A stretch of DNA of 64,000 nt from Amoebidium appalachense (taxonomy: Eukaryota; Protista; Ichthyosporea), in assembly GCA_963693365.1 (NCBI GenBank), contig CAVNZM010000003.1, positions 13,982,914 to 14,046,913 on the forward strand, read 5' to 3'. The translations under genes and the position numbers were made by a program. The first letter of the stretch is position 1. The number at the start of each line of letters is the position of its first letter. The notes under the pieces were generated by a model. The model did no database searches. It was not told the DNA's origin and saw only the letters and a list, made by a program, of their open reading frames with translations. This document shows, piece after piece, positions 14,182 through 36,022 of the stretch.

Positions 14182-14584
14182 GGGGGATTTGGTCCTCCCT
14201 CCGTGCATGGCGAGAAGTGGAAGTTATATATGTGAGAGTGTACACTTGGGGAAGACGGGTGGGGTAAGGGGGGGAGGGGGGGGGGAGGGTGGTCTTTCTG
14301 CACTGTGTCCTTGTTCCCACCTGCCATTCTCCCCCCTCGTCTCATGCAATTTCTTGGGGGGGTTTCATCAGGTGATTGCGGGCAGCACGGAGGCCAACAA
14401 TGACGTCAGCATCCAGATGTGGGATGCAAACGGCCAGGAGGTGAATATTCCGAGGGGGGGGTCCAATTTCTTCGAGCACGAGGCTCGCGCTGACGGCCCA
14501 GTCAAGGTAGGTTCGAACACCCCCCCAGTGTTGTGATTCGTGTTTTTCTCTTTTCTCGTTATTTTTTTTTGTGTCTTCCCCCCC

Positions 14585-14616
<32 letters not shown>

Positions 14617-14726
14617 TGGTTTGTTTGTTTGTTTGTTTGTTTGTTTGTTTGTTTGATTAATTCCTTTTCTTTTCCTTTTTTTTTGTTCCTTTTCTTTCTT
14701 TTCGTTCTTTCTTCTTTTTTGCCTTT

Positions 14727-14800
<74 letters not shown>

Positions 14801-15197
14801 TCACGTTGAATTTGAAATCCCGACAAGCAAACGTACACACTGACACACACCCAACACATATCTATGCACACACGACACACACACATTCTAAAAATACGAT
14901 TACATGCACACACGACACACACATTCTAAAAATACGATTACATGCACACACGACACACACACATTCTAAAAATACGGTTACATGCACACACGACACACAC
15001 ACATTCTAAAAATACGATTACATGCACACACGTGTATGCACACATGCACAAGCAACCCCGCGCTTGCGCATGCACACATGCGCGCGCGCATACACACACA
15101 CACACAGACACACACACACACATTTACGAGCACACATCCACACACGCGCACGCACACGCACACACAAACACACGCACACACACTCTTTCCCGTTCTC

Positions 15198-15235
<38 letters not shown>

Positions 15236-15278
15236 ACCCCCCGGCCCTTTATGATGTATGCTCTTTCTGTGTTTCCAC

Positions 15279-15309
<31 letters not shown>

Positions 15310-15817
15310 AAAAAAAAATAAAAATAAACACGTGCGTGCGCGCCCACATGCACGCACACACACACTCCTGCGGTGTGTGCTTGGAAAGTGCATTGTGTTG
15401 TCCGTCGTGAATGTGTACCTCACACTCTCTAACGTTTTGTAATCCCCTTTCCCCCTGGTCGCGGGCGCGCGCGCACGCACACACACACACACACATGTGC
15501 GCGCGCACACACACACACACACATATACCCCACAGACACACACACACACACACACAACACCACACTTCAACATACACTTCGTCCAGTCACGTCCTCACAA
15601 ACATTTCTTCAAACCCCCCCCCCCCCCCCCCCCCTCTCCCACACACAACACACAAATTCTCACCCACCCCCATCCCAAGACGCACTAACAGAGGTCTTTC
15701 TTTGCGTCTTCCAAAGACACGCCTATATACCTACGCTTATACAACCACACACATTCTAGCACTCACAAGCACACGCACACGTATGTACGCAGACTCACAG
15801 ATACACATCAATTCCCC

Positions 15818-15875
<58 letters not shown>

Positions 15876-16029
15876 TCCATAATACCTACCCACCCTCCCA
15901 CGCATCTTATACCCCCCCCCCCCCCCCCCCCCCCCTCCCTCCCCCCCCCCCCAAAAAAAAAAAAAAAAAAAAAACACCCTTTTCCTCTCCTATGCACCCC
16001 CGACACCCCCTCACCCACCCACCCCTCTT

Positions 16030-16080
<51 letters not shown>

Positions 16081-16224
16081 CTATCCATAATACCTACCCT
16101 CCACGCATCTTATACCCCCCCCCCCCCTCCCCTCCCCCCCCCCCCAAAAAAAAAAAAAAAAAAAAAAAACACCTTTTTCCTCTCCCATGCACCCCCGACA
16201 CCCCCGCACCTGCCCACCCCTCTT

Positions 16225-16309
<85 letters not shown>

Positions 16310-17277
16310 AAACGTAAACGTAAACGTAAACGTACATATACACCCAAGCCTACACGTACACCTATACTAACACACTCCCCCCCCCCCCCCCCCCCCCCCT
16401 TTCCCCCTCCCGCCACACGCACACACACACTTACCTACCCACCCACCCACTACACACCCACACCTACCCCCCCCCCCCCCCCCCCTTCCCTCCCTCCAAA
16501 AACATATGTACACAGGTGTGCTTCCGCAACCTTAACTCGTTCAACACCCTCTGGGTCTACTTCGAGATTGGTGTCGATCGCGCAAACGATGACGACGATG
16601 ATTTCGGAGACATCGGCAAGGTGAGCATTGGTTTTTGGGGCTGGCTCAGTTTGTAGCTATGTTATCACCCCTAAGAAGCAATTTTTTGGGTTGCAAAAAC
16701 ATATTTTTTTCGAAAACTTCTAATTTTAACTGTATTGTTTGTTTTGTATAAACAATAGTCATGCAGGCGGCGCTGCAGTCAAAAAAAGGTTGCCGGAAAG
16801 GTGGCACAATTAACCTTTTATGGTTAGCCACCTGCCAAAAATGGTGCGCAAATATTTGGCTTATCTTGGTTGGGTAAAGTTTTGCCGGAAAGGTGACGAA
16901 AGTTTCGGAACTAGCCTTTTGTGGTTAGCCACCTGCCAGAAATGGCGCGTAAATATTTGGCTAATCTTTGATTGGGCAAGGTGGTGGATGCAGACATGTT
17001 AAAGGCGCAGCAGCAAACCCAGGAGTCTCTGGACAAGTTAAAGAAGACTGCGCTGAGCGTGCATCAGAAGTTGAGCAACGCGATCCGCACGCAGAACTAT
17101 TTGCGCTATAGGGAGGCTAGGCACCGCAATACGGCTGAGAGGTGGGTGAATTTATTTCAAGTGGGTGAAGTTTATTTATTTTATGCGATTTATGTATTTA
17201 CCAGAGGGAACAGGGTGCAGTAGGGGGGGGAGGGGGGGGGAGGCGGGGGTAAAGGAGGAATGGGGGGAGGGGGGAGA

Positions 17278-17319
<42 letters not shown>

Positions 17320-18211
17320 TGTATGTTCCGAAAGGGGGGGGGGGGAGGTGGATCCATACGCAGAAGTATTTGCTTTATAGGGAGGCTAGGCAGTGTAATA
17401 AGGCGGAGAGATGGATGTGATTTTTTACCAGACGGGGAAGATGGAGCATAAGAAAGAGGGGGGAAGGAGGAGGGAGAGGTTGGGGGAAGAGGAGGGGGGG
17501 GGGGGGGGGGGGGGAGGGGGGAGGCTTTGGAGAAGGAGGGAGGGAAGAAGGTGTTGGTGTGTGTGTTGGGGGTGGATTTGTGTGTGTGCACAGGCGCGCG
17601 CGCGTGTGTGTGCGTAGATGGGCCCATTTTTAGTGTTTATCAAATGCTCTTTTTTTTTTTGTTGGGGGGGAGGGGGCAAGGGGGGTTGGCGCACACATAC
17701 ACACAAAACACCCACCGACACGCTGTAGGAACCATGTGGTGTTTTTCCTCGCTTCCTCCTGCGCCCCCCTCCCCCCCTCCCCCCCTCATCTTTATGGCAA
17801 AGGTGTTACATGTTCTTTTGTATACGCGCTTACGTACACACTGAAACTGTGATACTGGAATTAACATGCATGGGCCCTTACACACGTGCTCATATGAATA
17901 CACGAGGCATGAATGTGTGGCTCATGTGTACATACGGATAATATGCGCCCAAGTATGGAAAGGAGGTTATTGACTGACCAAAACACACACCTATTCACAT
18001 GCGCGCGCACACACACACGACACACAGAAAGAGCACACACACACACACACACACACTGACACGAGTACCCCCACACACAAACAACCGCACCATGCACAAG
18101 CACACACACACACACACACACACGCACACACAAACACACATACCTCCCCCCCTCCCCCCCCCCCCCTCTATTACACACACACAACCTCCCCCTCCCCCCC
18201 CCCCCACACAC

Positions 18212-18259
<48 letters not shown>

Positions 18260-18362
18260 ACACATACACACACATACACACACACACATACACACACATA
18301 CACACACACACACATACACACACACACACATACACACACATACACATACACACACATACACA

Positions 18363-18443
<81 letters not shown>

Positions 18444-18546
18444 ACACATACACACACATACACACACATACACACACACACACATACACACACATACACA
18501 CACACACACATACACACACACACACATACACACACATACACACACA

Positions 18547-18591
<45 letters not shown>

Positions 18592-18592
18592 A

Positions 18593-18645
<53 letters not shown>

Positions 18646-18800
18646 CCCCCCCGCCCCTCCCCCCACACACACACAGCAACTGTGACCGTGTTATGTACTG
18701 GTCCGTGGGGTCGTGTGCCGTGATGATTGCCGTCAGCATCGTCCAGGTCTACTTCATTCAACACTTTTTCGCTGATCCCAAGGGAAGAATCAACTATTAG
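12704..18800 (+). CDS. p24/emp24/TMED family cargo receptor; exons 12704-12865, 14372-14506, 16516-16620, 16981-17141, 18677-18800
   Basis: Signal peptide [22 protein letters not shown]; GOLD domain ([14 protein letters not shown]...VCFRN); coiled coil; family motif [26 protein letters not shown]; TM helix; tail [18 protein letters not shown]. Confidence 0.9.
14868..15030 (+). repeat. ~40-42 bp tandem repeat, 4 copies (intronic)
   Basis: CACACGACACACACACATTCTAAAAATACGATTACATG repeated. Confidence 0.85.
15871..16230 (+). repeat. ~210 bp tandem duplication (intronic)
   Basis: CTATCCATAATACCTACC...GCATCTTATACCCC...CACCCCGACACCCCC occurs at ~15873 and ~16081. Confidence 0.8.
18227..18643 (+). 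repeat. Long compound (CA)n/(TA)-interrupted microsatellite
   Basis: ~420 bp of CACACA punctuated by TA, ending shortly before the last TMED acceptor. Confidence 0.9.
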
Positions 18801-19766
18801 TTTACATAAAATACCGTCAAAATCTTTTAAGTGTTTGTTTATTTTATGGGTTTGTTTGGATTAAATGTATGCCCTGTGTGCTGTGTGTGCAAGACGGGAG
18901 ATGCACTGTTTGCCAGTTAATATTTTTTGGGGGTTCATGCATTTTTTTCAGTGGTTATCACATCACATTTAGCTGATAATGATATTAGCAATGTGTTAAT
19001 ATGAAGTATGTTGGCTTTGCTTGTTTATATGCTGCACAAATACATATTTGTGGCTGAAATCTGAAGTCTGTTATATGGCCTTGCCTATGCATGTACATGC
19101 ACGGATGCTCGCAGATGAAAAGGCAAGCGAGCACACGGCACACACACCTGCGGGCGTGGGCGGGCTTGCGCACACACACACAAGCACACACCCGTGCGCA
19201 CGCACACACACACACACACACCTCCTTTGTGTTGACGATCAACCAATGTATACATGATCTAACAATAAATTGGAAAGTGACAAGAATGAAGCACTCTTGT
19301 TGCACCCCAACTTCACCCAAAAAAAAGTAATCGGTGGTGATTACGGTAATTTGTTTGATTTGTTACATCCATGGTATGTGGAAGCCAATCATATCATTGG
19401 CATGCGGGTGTGAGCCAATGATAATTGAGAAAACGGTCCATGCGCTTGTGTGATTATTCATGTGGCCAGGGGTATGACACCTGGTTTGCCTTGTGCCTGC
19501 CTGCCTGCTAGCCTGCAATTGCAATGCATGCACTGCATGAAAACGCTAGGCAGGATCCGACCTCTTTCACGGAAGCATTTTGCAAGGTTGCAACTTCAGG
19601 GTTGGCTGCAAAGTATTTTCAAGAAGACGGTTCAACTTGGGGTAAGATGCGAAACGCGCTTAACAGGCATGGAAGTACACGACGCACACATATAGTATAT
19701 AATGACATTGTACACACTGGTGACACACGCGGGCGCGCGCGCATGCACACATGTATACACACACAG

Positions 19767-19798
<32 letters not shown>

Positions 19799-19884
19799 GC
19801 ATACACACACACACATGCACGCACACACACACGTGTGCGCACATGCACACACAGACACGCGCGCACGCACACACACACACACAC

Positions 19885-19937
19885 ACACACGTGCACGCAC
19901 GCACACAAATGTCTACACACGGGTGGACTCACACACA

Positions 19938-19968
<31 letters not shown>

Positions 19969-20015
19969 GTGCACGCACGCACACAAATGTCTACACACGG
20001 GTGGACTCACACACA

Positions 20016-20048
<33 letters not shown>

Positions 20049-20110
20049 GTGCACGCACGCACACAAATGTCTACACACGGGTGGACTCACACACACGTGC
20101 GCGCGCACAC
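19885..20110 (+). repeat. ~78-80 bp tandem repeat, 3 copies
   Basis: CACGTGCACGCACGCACACAAATGTCTACACACGGGTGGACTCACACACACGTGCGCGCG x3. Confidence 0.85.
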
Positions 20111-20854
20111 ACATACACACACGACACACAAAGTGTTACCACCGGTACCGCCTTCGCCTTCGAATCCCATTCCGGCGTTCTTGCGCAACAGGTACCCTCT
20201 CTGTTTGTATTCCCCCCCTCCCCCTCTCCCCCCTTCCCCCCCACCCCGTGGGCCTCTCCCCATCAACCCCCTCCCCCCCCCCCCCCTCCCCCCACCCCCC
20301 CCCCCTTCTCCCCCCACAACCCTTCCTCCCTCCCCCCCCCCCCTCCCCTCCCTCCCAAAAAAGGAAAACACACCCTCCACATCTAAACCCACACGCACAC
20401 ACTGTGATGCACATAGACAGCAGATTTTCCGCTGCTGTGTGCACCCCTCCCCCCCCTCCCCCCGGGGGGTTTCATTGAAATTTCGTGACGTTTTGTAACT
20501 TGTCCCTTGGGTGTCTGCTCCATATTTCCAACCCTGCAACCCACACATCATCCCCCCTCCCCCCCCCCCCCCCCCCCCCCCCCCTTCAGCCTAGTAACCG
20601 TTTTTTACACAAACAAACAAGAATACTTGAACTTGGCAAAGAAAAGAGCAAAAAATGGCAAACGAACCAAACAGGCTTGAAGTTCGAGATCATCCTCCCC
20701 CCCCCCCCCCTCCCCCCCCCCCCCCCCACTCCCTGTTGTAATAACCAATCCTGAGCCCCACTTCCCCCCCCCTCGCCTCTTCCCGGTTTCTGTTCACGTG
20801 ATGACCAATCCCCCCCCCCCCCCCCCCAAAAAAAAAAAAGTAATAATAATAATC

Positions 20855-20885
<31 letters not shown>

Positions 20886-21394
20886 AAATTCCTGCAGCTG
20901 ACATCACTGCGTCGTATTGGACAACCCGCGCTACGTCAGAAGGGCCTGAGAGTGTGGGTCTTTTGTTGCCATCCCCATGCCTCCCTTTTGTCTTGTATTC
21001 CATTCCCCCCACACCCCCCCCTCCCCCCCCCCCCCCCCCCCCCCCCCCCTCCCCCTCCCCCTCCCTCCCTCTCTCGAGCTCCTCCCCACCCACCCACCTA
21101 CCCACCCACCCACCCACCCGGGCCCCCTCCCCCCTCTCCCCCCCCGCCCCCCCCTCCTCCCCGGGAGTCAAACGCACGTAGACAAGGGCAGGTTGAGAGG
21201 GAGGGAAGGGGGGGGAGGGGGTGTAGGGGAGCGGAAGGGAGGGAGAGAGGGGAGGGGAGGGGGGAGGGGGGGGGGAGGGGGGAATGCATTCACAACGATT
21301 ATCTTGAATTTGTGAAGATTTGGGGCGTGTTTGGCAGCCAAAAATATTCGTATTCTTCTTCTTGTGCAACTGATTGGTCGTGTTTATGCAAAGG

Positions 21395-21477
<83 letters not shown>

Positions 21478-21677
21478 GTTTGTGCGTGCGGCGCAGTGCT
21501 TGTGTGTGTGTGTGTGTGTGTGTGTTTGAGGGGGAGGGGGGGGGGGGGGGGGGGGAGTCTTAGAAGAGAGGGCCTTTTGTGGCCTTTTGTTGCTTATACC
21601 TGAATGAAGGGAAGGGCTATGTTTCGGTTTGCGAAGTACCTGATGGACGACAGTGTGTGTGTGTGTGTGCATGTGTG

Positions 21678-21729
<52 letters not shown>

Positions 21730-22849
21730 TGTGTTTTGTGTGTGTGTGGGTGGGTGGGTGGCCATGGGTGGGTGGGTGGGGGGGGGGGGGGGGGGGGGGG
21801 AGGGGGGGAGGGGGGGGGGGGGGGGGGGGGCAGGTTAAGATAGGGCACATACAATGACTCACTGAAAGAAACCGTTCCAGCCATTTTTGGGACGGCATTG
21901 GTTGCACAAGAGAAGTGTCATACTTTAACGATCTTACATGTGTGCGTGTGTGTGTTTGTGTGTGTCTTGTTTGTGCGTTTTTGTGCGTGTTTGTGTATGC
22001 GCAGGCACACTTGTGCTATGTGTGTGTGTGTGTGTTGGGGGGGGGGGGGGGGGGGGGGGGAGGGGAGGGGGGAGGGGGTAAGGGAAGGGGAGGAGCAGGC
22101 TAAGAAGGCAGGGAGGGAGGGAGAGTCAGAAGGAGAGTGATAGAGATACGGAGGGAGGGAGGGAGGGAGGGAGGGAGGGAGGGGGGTGAGTGGGAGAGAG
22201 AGAGAGAGAGAAAGAGAGGGAGAGAGGGAGAGACACAGACAGAGCTTATCATGCAAAACAGCTCTTCAAACAATGTCTGCTTGTATTCAAGTTCGTTTGC
22301 TAACGGACCCATGAAGGACACGCCGACAAACAAAGCCAGTCCTCACAATCAGGTCGTCCTGTTACAGACAAGACTGGTTACCTGGCTATTGAACTAAACT
22401 ATTTATTGCAAAACATTCCTTAAAAACCCCGTACTATTGAGCAAAATATTCCTTCGAAACCCCGTACTATTGAGCCACGACAACCCATGGAAGAAACCGG
22501 TCTACTGATGCATACTATATATTTTCATGAGTTCTTGGTTCCTATTATCACTGAAACGGGGTGCGAAGAAAACAAGAAAGCTTAATTGATGAGAAGGGCC
22601 AAATCTCTACCGCAATCGCAAATATTCTATAGGATACCACACCTACAGTAAATTCTACCTCTAACGTTTGTATCACCGATCATCTACATTGCAACAAACA
22701 CACTAACAAATAAACAGAAAAGTACCTCAATCGTCATTTCCCTATAAAGTGAGTGCCGAGACGTCCTTCCATTTCAGGAAGTTCCCTTTTTTGTTGTTAG
22801 TTTCCACACTTCCTTTTTAGGCAGTTCCCTTAATTGGTAGTTTCCGCAT

Positions 22850-27074
<4,225 letters not shown>

Positions 27075-27172
27075 TTTCGATTCGAGGTACGTGTACAAGT
27101 TCCGGCCAAGGGCGACAGTGAATGAGCAGCAGGGTTATGCCGAATCTGCTTTCCGTTTGGACTGTGTCGATG

Positions 27173-27179
27173 TTTTATA
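27173..27179 (-). promoter_or_regulatory. TATA box of the active subtilisin gene
   Basis: TATAAAA on the minus strand, ~100 bp upstream of the ATG. Confidence 0.5.
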
Positions 27180-28439
27180 GCTGCGGGAAGAAACACTGAC
27201 GGGGAGATTACTTGGAAGAATGCCCTAGCCCAAAGTACAAATTTGATTGGAGCGAGCGGATCTGGCGGCAGATCCCTTCCAGATCTGGGAGCTCTTAACT
27301 TTTTGCACATGGCAGATAATAACATAGGAATACGAAGAATATGCTAAAAGGTTTGGTTATAATGAAATAAAAATCTGAATTTGGGGTATGAACGTGATTT
27401 TTATAACATTTGTCATATACGAAAGTGCAAGTATGCAAGGATACTTTCGTAACACCAACCCATGGGCCAATACCCTTGCGCCTTGCCCTCATCATAATGG
27501 CGTGATCTACCTCTGCGCGGAATTCGAAAGCACATTCCCCCCCAAAAGCCTATGCTCCGACGAAAAAAAATTGGTTCTCAGTGACTGCATAGTGGAAAGT
27601 TGTTGGGTGGCAATGGATCCGGAATTAGTACTTTTGGCTTCAGTGCGGCTGCTTCATTACAGCTCACATGCATGTCGACAAAAGACAGCACATTCCCTCT
27701 TCAATCTCCCCGGCACCAAGTCTGTTTTACACAGTCTCGCAACATGTGAGGCGTGTGTAGAGAGGGAGATCTAAAGAAAGCTCCTAGGTTATTTTTGTCA
27801 TGAGTATATGATAGTCCTTCTGACCCCGCCGCGTGCCAGGAATGTGCGCGCCCCGCGGCACTTTATATATTGTTTGGGTTGGTATCATTATAGGAAAAGC
27901 ATGTGTTTGAATATACCTGGTGGTATGGGAAAAAAATCTTTGGTAGTGTTGGCCAAACAAATGAGCAGACGGTGGCACACACGTGCACCTCATTTACCCC
28001 CCTCAGAAGATCTAGATTCAATCTTTATAGGCGAATAGTGATTGGTCTCAGGATCTGAGCAGCAGATTTAGCGGGAATATCAGGGAAAGGAAACCTCCAA
28101 TCGTCTCGCGCGGCCGCAGGCCGCCGGGCCGCTGGGCCGCCCCGCTCGCGGCCAGTACTGAGTCTGCCCAACTTAAAAAAAAATGAAAAATATTGTGCCC
28201 CCCACGTGTAAGAACCATTCACGTCGTAGCTAATATTACATGATTTCAAGCAAAATGGCGCAAGCGCTTGCTAGATTAAAAAATAATGCTTGTCCGGCCT
28301 CCAAATTCGAGTAGGTTCAAACCGAGTCAAAAGTCTATTTTGGGAGCTCCCGCACAGGCATGATACCATTGGTGATCTATCACACAGTCAAAAGCGCCAC
28401 ATCCGACCGCAACCCAAGGAGGAACCTTGTGCCAGCCCT

Positions 28440-28446
28440 TTATAAC
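28440..28446 (+). promoter_or_regulatory. TATA-like box of the pseudoprotease gene
   Basis: TTATAAC ~120 bp upstream of ATG 28564. Confidence 0.4.
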
Positions 28447-28563
28447 CTCCCCGCCCGCTGAGGCAAACATCACAAGCGCCGCACCGCCCTCGCGTTAACG
28501 TTCGCCGTGCATTGTGCAGCCATTCCTACACGTACCACCCCAACCCCAGAACTAAGCGTCAAC

Positions 28564-30427
28564 ATGTCTCTCACCAAGACCAGCGCCATGCTCCTGGCCG
28601 GAGCTACCATCGTGGCTGCCGATTTCCGCCCCATTGTAAGTCAGAGCCTTCATATTTGTGACCATACTCTGGCCGTGTTATGATTCTAATGAATATGACG
28701 TGTGTTCTTTTGACCGTGATTCAATACAATCGTTACGGTGTTATAATGCTTATGAGACAGTGTTGAAGGGCTAAAGTGGAGAGGGTCAAACGTGGCAACT
28801 TGTGACTAGTACTTGGTTTGGCAAGTCCCGGGTCAGAGTGATGTGTACACTACAGCGAACTCTGCAGCGACCCAAATCAAACGGAGATGAATGTATACGG
28901 TGTGGCGCCCTTAAGGCCCTTAAGTTTATTGATGAGCATAGGTAGGGCTGAATATTGTTCTGTATCAACAGCAAGGAAATTCTTTAGCGAGTAGCAAGTG
29001 ATTGGGACAGGCAGGACATATAATTCTCAGTGTACTCGAACGATGTCAATGATGTCCAGAATCAGATGGGAAAAAATTGTTGCACACGTTAACCCCAACA
29101 ATTATTGCAGGCAAACCGCGGCGCGGTGGTGCCAGGCTCCTTCTACCTGCGTGTCGGTTCCCCTGCCCAGGCTGCCAAGCTCCAAGCGATTGACCCGCGT
29201 GTGCAAGTCTTCCCCAGCATGAACGGTGGCTTTGCCCGCCTGAACGTTACTGTCGACACAACTCAAGGCACGATCAGCGGCCCCGATTTCCCCGTTCTGG
29301 TCAAGCTCATTAACGCTGCCACGTACGTGGAGGAGGACGTGTGGATGTTCAGCCCTCGCTTTGTGACCCAGCAGCCCGCGAACCCCACTGAGATTAAGGT
29401 GTGGCCTGGCACCGACAACGGGCTCCAGTCCAACGACTATTACACGGGTGCCAACTGGGCAAAGAAGGCGCTTTCTCCTGCAAGCAGCACCTATCCCGGC
29501 TTTGGCCGCAACGGTGAGGGTGTCGACGTGTATGTCATCGGCAACGGCATCAACGTCAACCATCCCCAGTTCGAGGGTAAGTTGTTCCCCCACCCACCCA
29601 TCCACCCACCCACCCACCAACCCACCTACTGTATGCACGACTCACACACACACCCAGGTCATGCAAGACGTTCCAGTGTTTAGATAAGCTAGCTTACTGT
29701 ACCTGTTTATAATTATATGTTGTCATAAATGCCAAAAAGATGCACTTCTAATGGAGTATACCCTGCCCACCTGCCCACAGGCCGTGCTTCACACCTTTAC
29801 CCCAAGGGGGCAGACTCCAGTGATGAGACGGGTGTGAGCACCCTCGAGGCCGGCATCATTGCCAGCAAGGACTTCGGTGTTGCCCCCAAGGCAAACATTC
29901 TCTCCGTGAAGGTGCCCCTGGACCCCAACACTAAAATGTCGCGGGCCACCGACTTCTACGCTGCCGCCGATGCCATCCTCACCAAAGTCCAGAACACCGA
30001 TAGGCCCGCCGTGGTCTACACCGGCCTGGTCGGCCAATCTGACTCTGGCTCGACCACAAACATTTTCCGTTTCCTTATCAACAACGCGCCAGCGGGTAAA
30101 GTGCATGGGTCGGCCACCGGACAGTCATGGAGCGACTCGTGCAAGATGCTTGGTGGTGGCCTGAGCTATGGCGCCGATTACTTCATGACCGGCGCTGCCA
30201 TGCCCAACGGCAAGATCCTGAACAGGAATGCCCAAGCCAACGGCGACGTAGAGGTCATGTCTCCGTATGGCGGGTAAGTAGACCAAAATTTCACTATGGA
30301 AAACAGTGAGATCGAGGTGGAAAAATAAAAGAAAAATAAGGAACACACACGCAAACACACACAATCGGATACACAACACACCCACCCACACACACCGTGA
30401 CACACACGCGCACACAACTACACGCAT

Positions 30428-30520
<93 letters not shown>

Positions 30521-31514
30521 TGTACATGCTCAGAGCAAAAGCCTGCATCATGACGCGCACACATACCTACATACCTGGTCAAACTACACAAGCACACCTC
30601 TCACACAAACCTTCTACCCCTGCAGCTGTGTCCACCTGTCGGCTCCCGGGTTCAACCTCAAGAGCACCAGCAAGGACGGTGCCAGCGCCTACATCTCCGG
30701 CCAGAATGCGTAAGTTTTTCTGCTTGCTCGTGCCGTGTTTTGTTCCTGTTCTTTATCCATGTGTATAAAATTGCATGCTTGATTGACGCCATGAAGACGC
30801 CATGAAGTGTGTATGTGAAGCTCAGTAGTCTGCCCATTGTGCATTGTTTGTTTGGGGAAGAAATGGGGCTGGTACTGATCAAAAATTTTCTATCACAGCG
30901 CTGCTGCCGTCACTGCAGGCCTTCTTGCTGGTTTCCGCAGCGCCTACCCTGCCTACACCCAGGCTGAGGTAATACCCCTGATTCTGTCCCCCCCCCCCCC
31001 CCCCCCCCCTCCCCCCCTCCCTCCCCCTCCCCCCCCCCCCCCCTCCCGCCTCTACCCCTTGTCGGCCGCAGAGCAGTTTACATGCTTTATACTTTCTATT
31101 TATCTATTTCTGCTGTTTCGCAATGTTTCGCTAACGGTTACCGAATTTTTCTCCCTCTTCCGTACTAGTGACTAACCCGGCCCCAACCACACACAGGTCA
31201 AGACCGCCATCCTCACTGGTGTTCAAAACATCGACGCGGACATTAACGCAGGCGGCATGATGTTCTCCCACAACTCCCCCCGCGTGTTCGACCTTAAGAA
31301 CGCATGCCGCAGCTACGCACCCCACATTAAGGACGATTTCTGCCGTGCGGCCGAGTGCTCTGCCGATTACAAGACAATGTGCGAGATCAATGCAAAGGAG
31401 AAACCCTCGAAGGTGTGCATGTCCATTATGAAGAACATCCCTGATAGCTGGTGCGCGGCCACCGGTTGCCCCTCCGATTATTCCAGCATCTGCCAGTGGA
31501 AGTGCAATGCCTAA
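28564..31514 (+). CDS. Secreted subtilisin-fold pseudoprotease (intact ORF, triad replaced); exons 28564-28635, 29111-29576, 29781-30273, 30626-30709, 30899-30968, 31197-31514
   Basis: Signal peptide MSLTKTSAMLLAGATIVAA; I9-like propeptide (VPGSFYL, NGGFARL, YVEED); GEGVDVYVIGNGINVNHPQFEGRA; DETGVSTLEAG; FGVAPKANILSVKV; CVHLSAPG; ISGQNAAAAVTAG; two C-terminal 4-Cys modules. No stops or frameshifts after splicing. Confidence 0.88.
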
Positions 31515-31988
31515 GCTATTGGCTACGGGTCATGCGCGACGGCCAGCGTCAGCGGCTTGTTGTTGGTTGCAAGTCATGCGTGGGAATTGACGTGTGATGG
31601 TTTAGTTGTCTGTGTACACAACAAATCTTTGGAAACACAAACCATTTACCTTATTGAACTTAACGCAGAATTTGGATTTATTAGAGCTTAACGTGTGGAG
31701 TACAACATGAGGATTCGGTGCTTTTTCTCTTTCGGAAGGCATCTGATACAATCGTAGCTTCCCTATATAATGTTTTGTTTTCGGTACGGTACGTCTACAT
31801 AGCATACAGTACTATTTATGGTTTCTCCGAGTATTTGTAGGTGTTAGATATAATCGATGCCCCGGTGGCGTCCGCTTTGAAATTTGCCTTGACAAGATTT
31901 TGTCGGACTGTGTGTGTCCTACGGCGTGAGTGGGGCAGAGCAGGTCTAACACAGACTGGCTTCCCCATCCATTCATCAATAAAGTAGA

Positions 31989-32021
<33 letters not shown>

Positions 32022-32073
32022 CATGCCTGCTTCATTGGGCCCAAAAAACTGTGATAAGAACCAGTAGGGGGTT

Positions 32074-32105
<32 letters not shown>

Positions 32106-32109
32106 AATT

Positions 32110-35902
<3,793 letters not shown>

Positions 35903-35919
35903 AGATAGATACACACACA

Positions 35920-36022
<103 letters not shown>

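Noticed and set aside
28564-31514. Calling the second subtilisin a pseudogene
   Set aside because: No stops or frameshifts across six exons, canonical splice sites, and conserved structural motifs and cysteines
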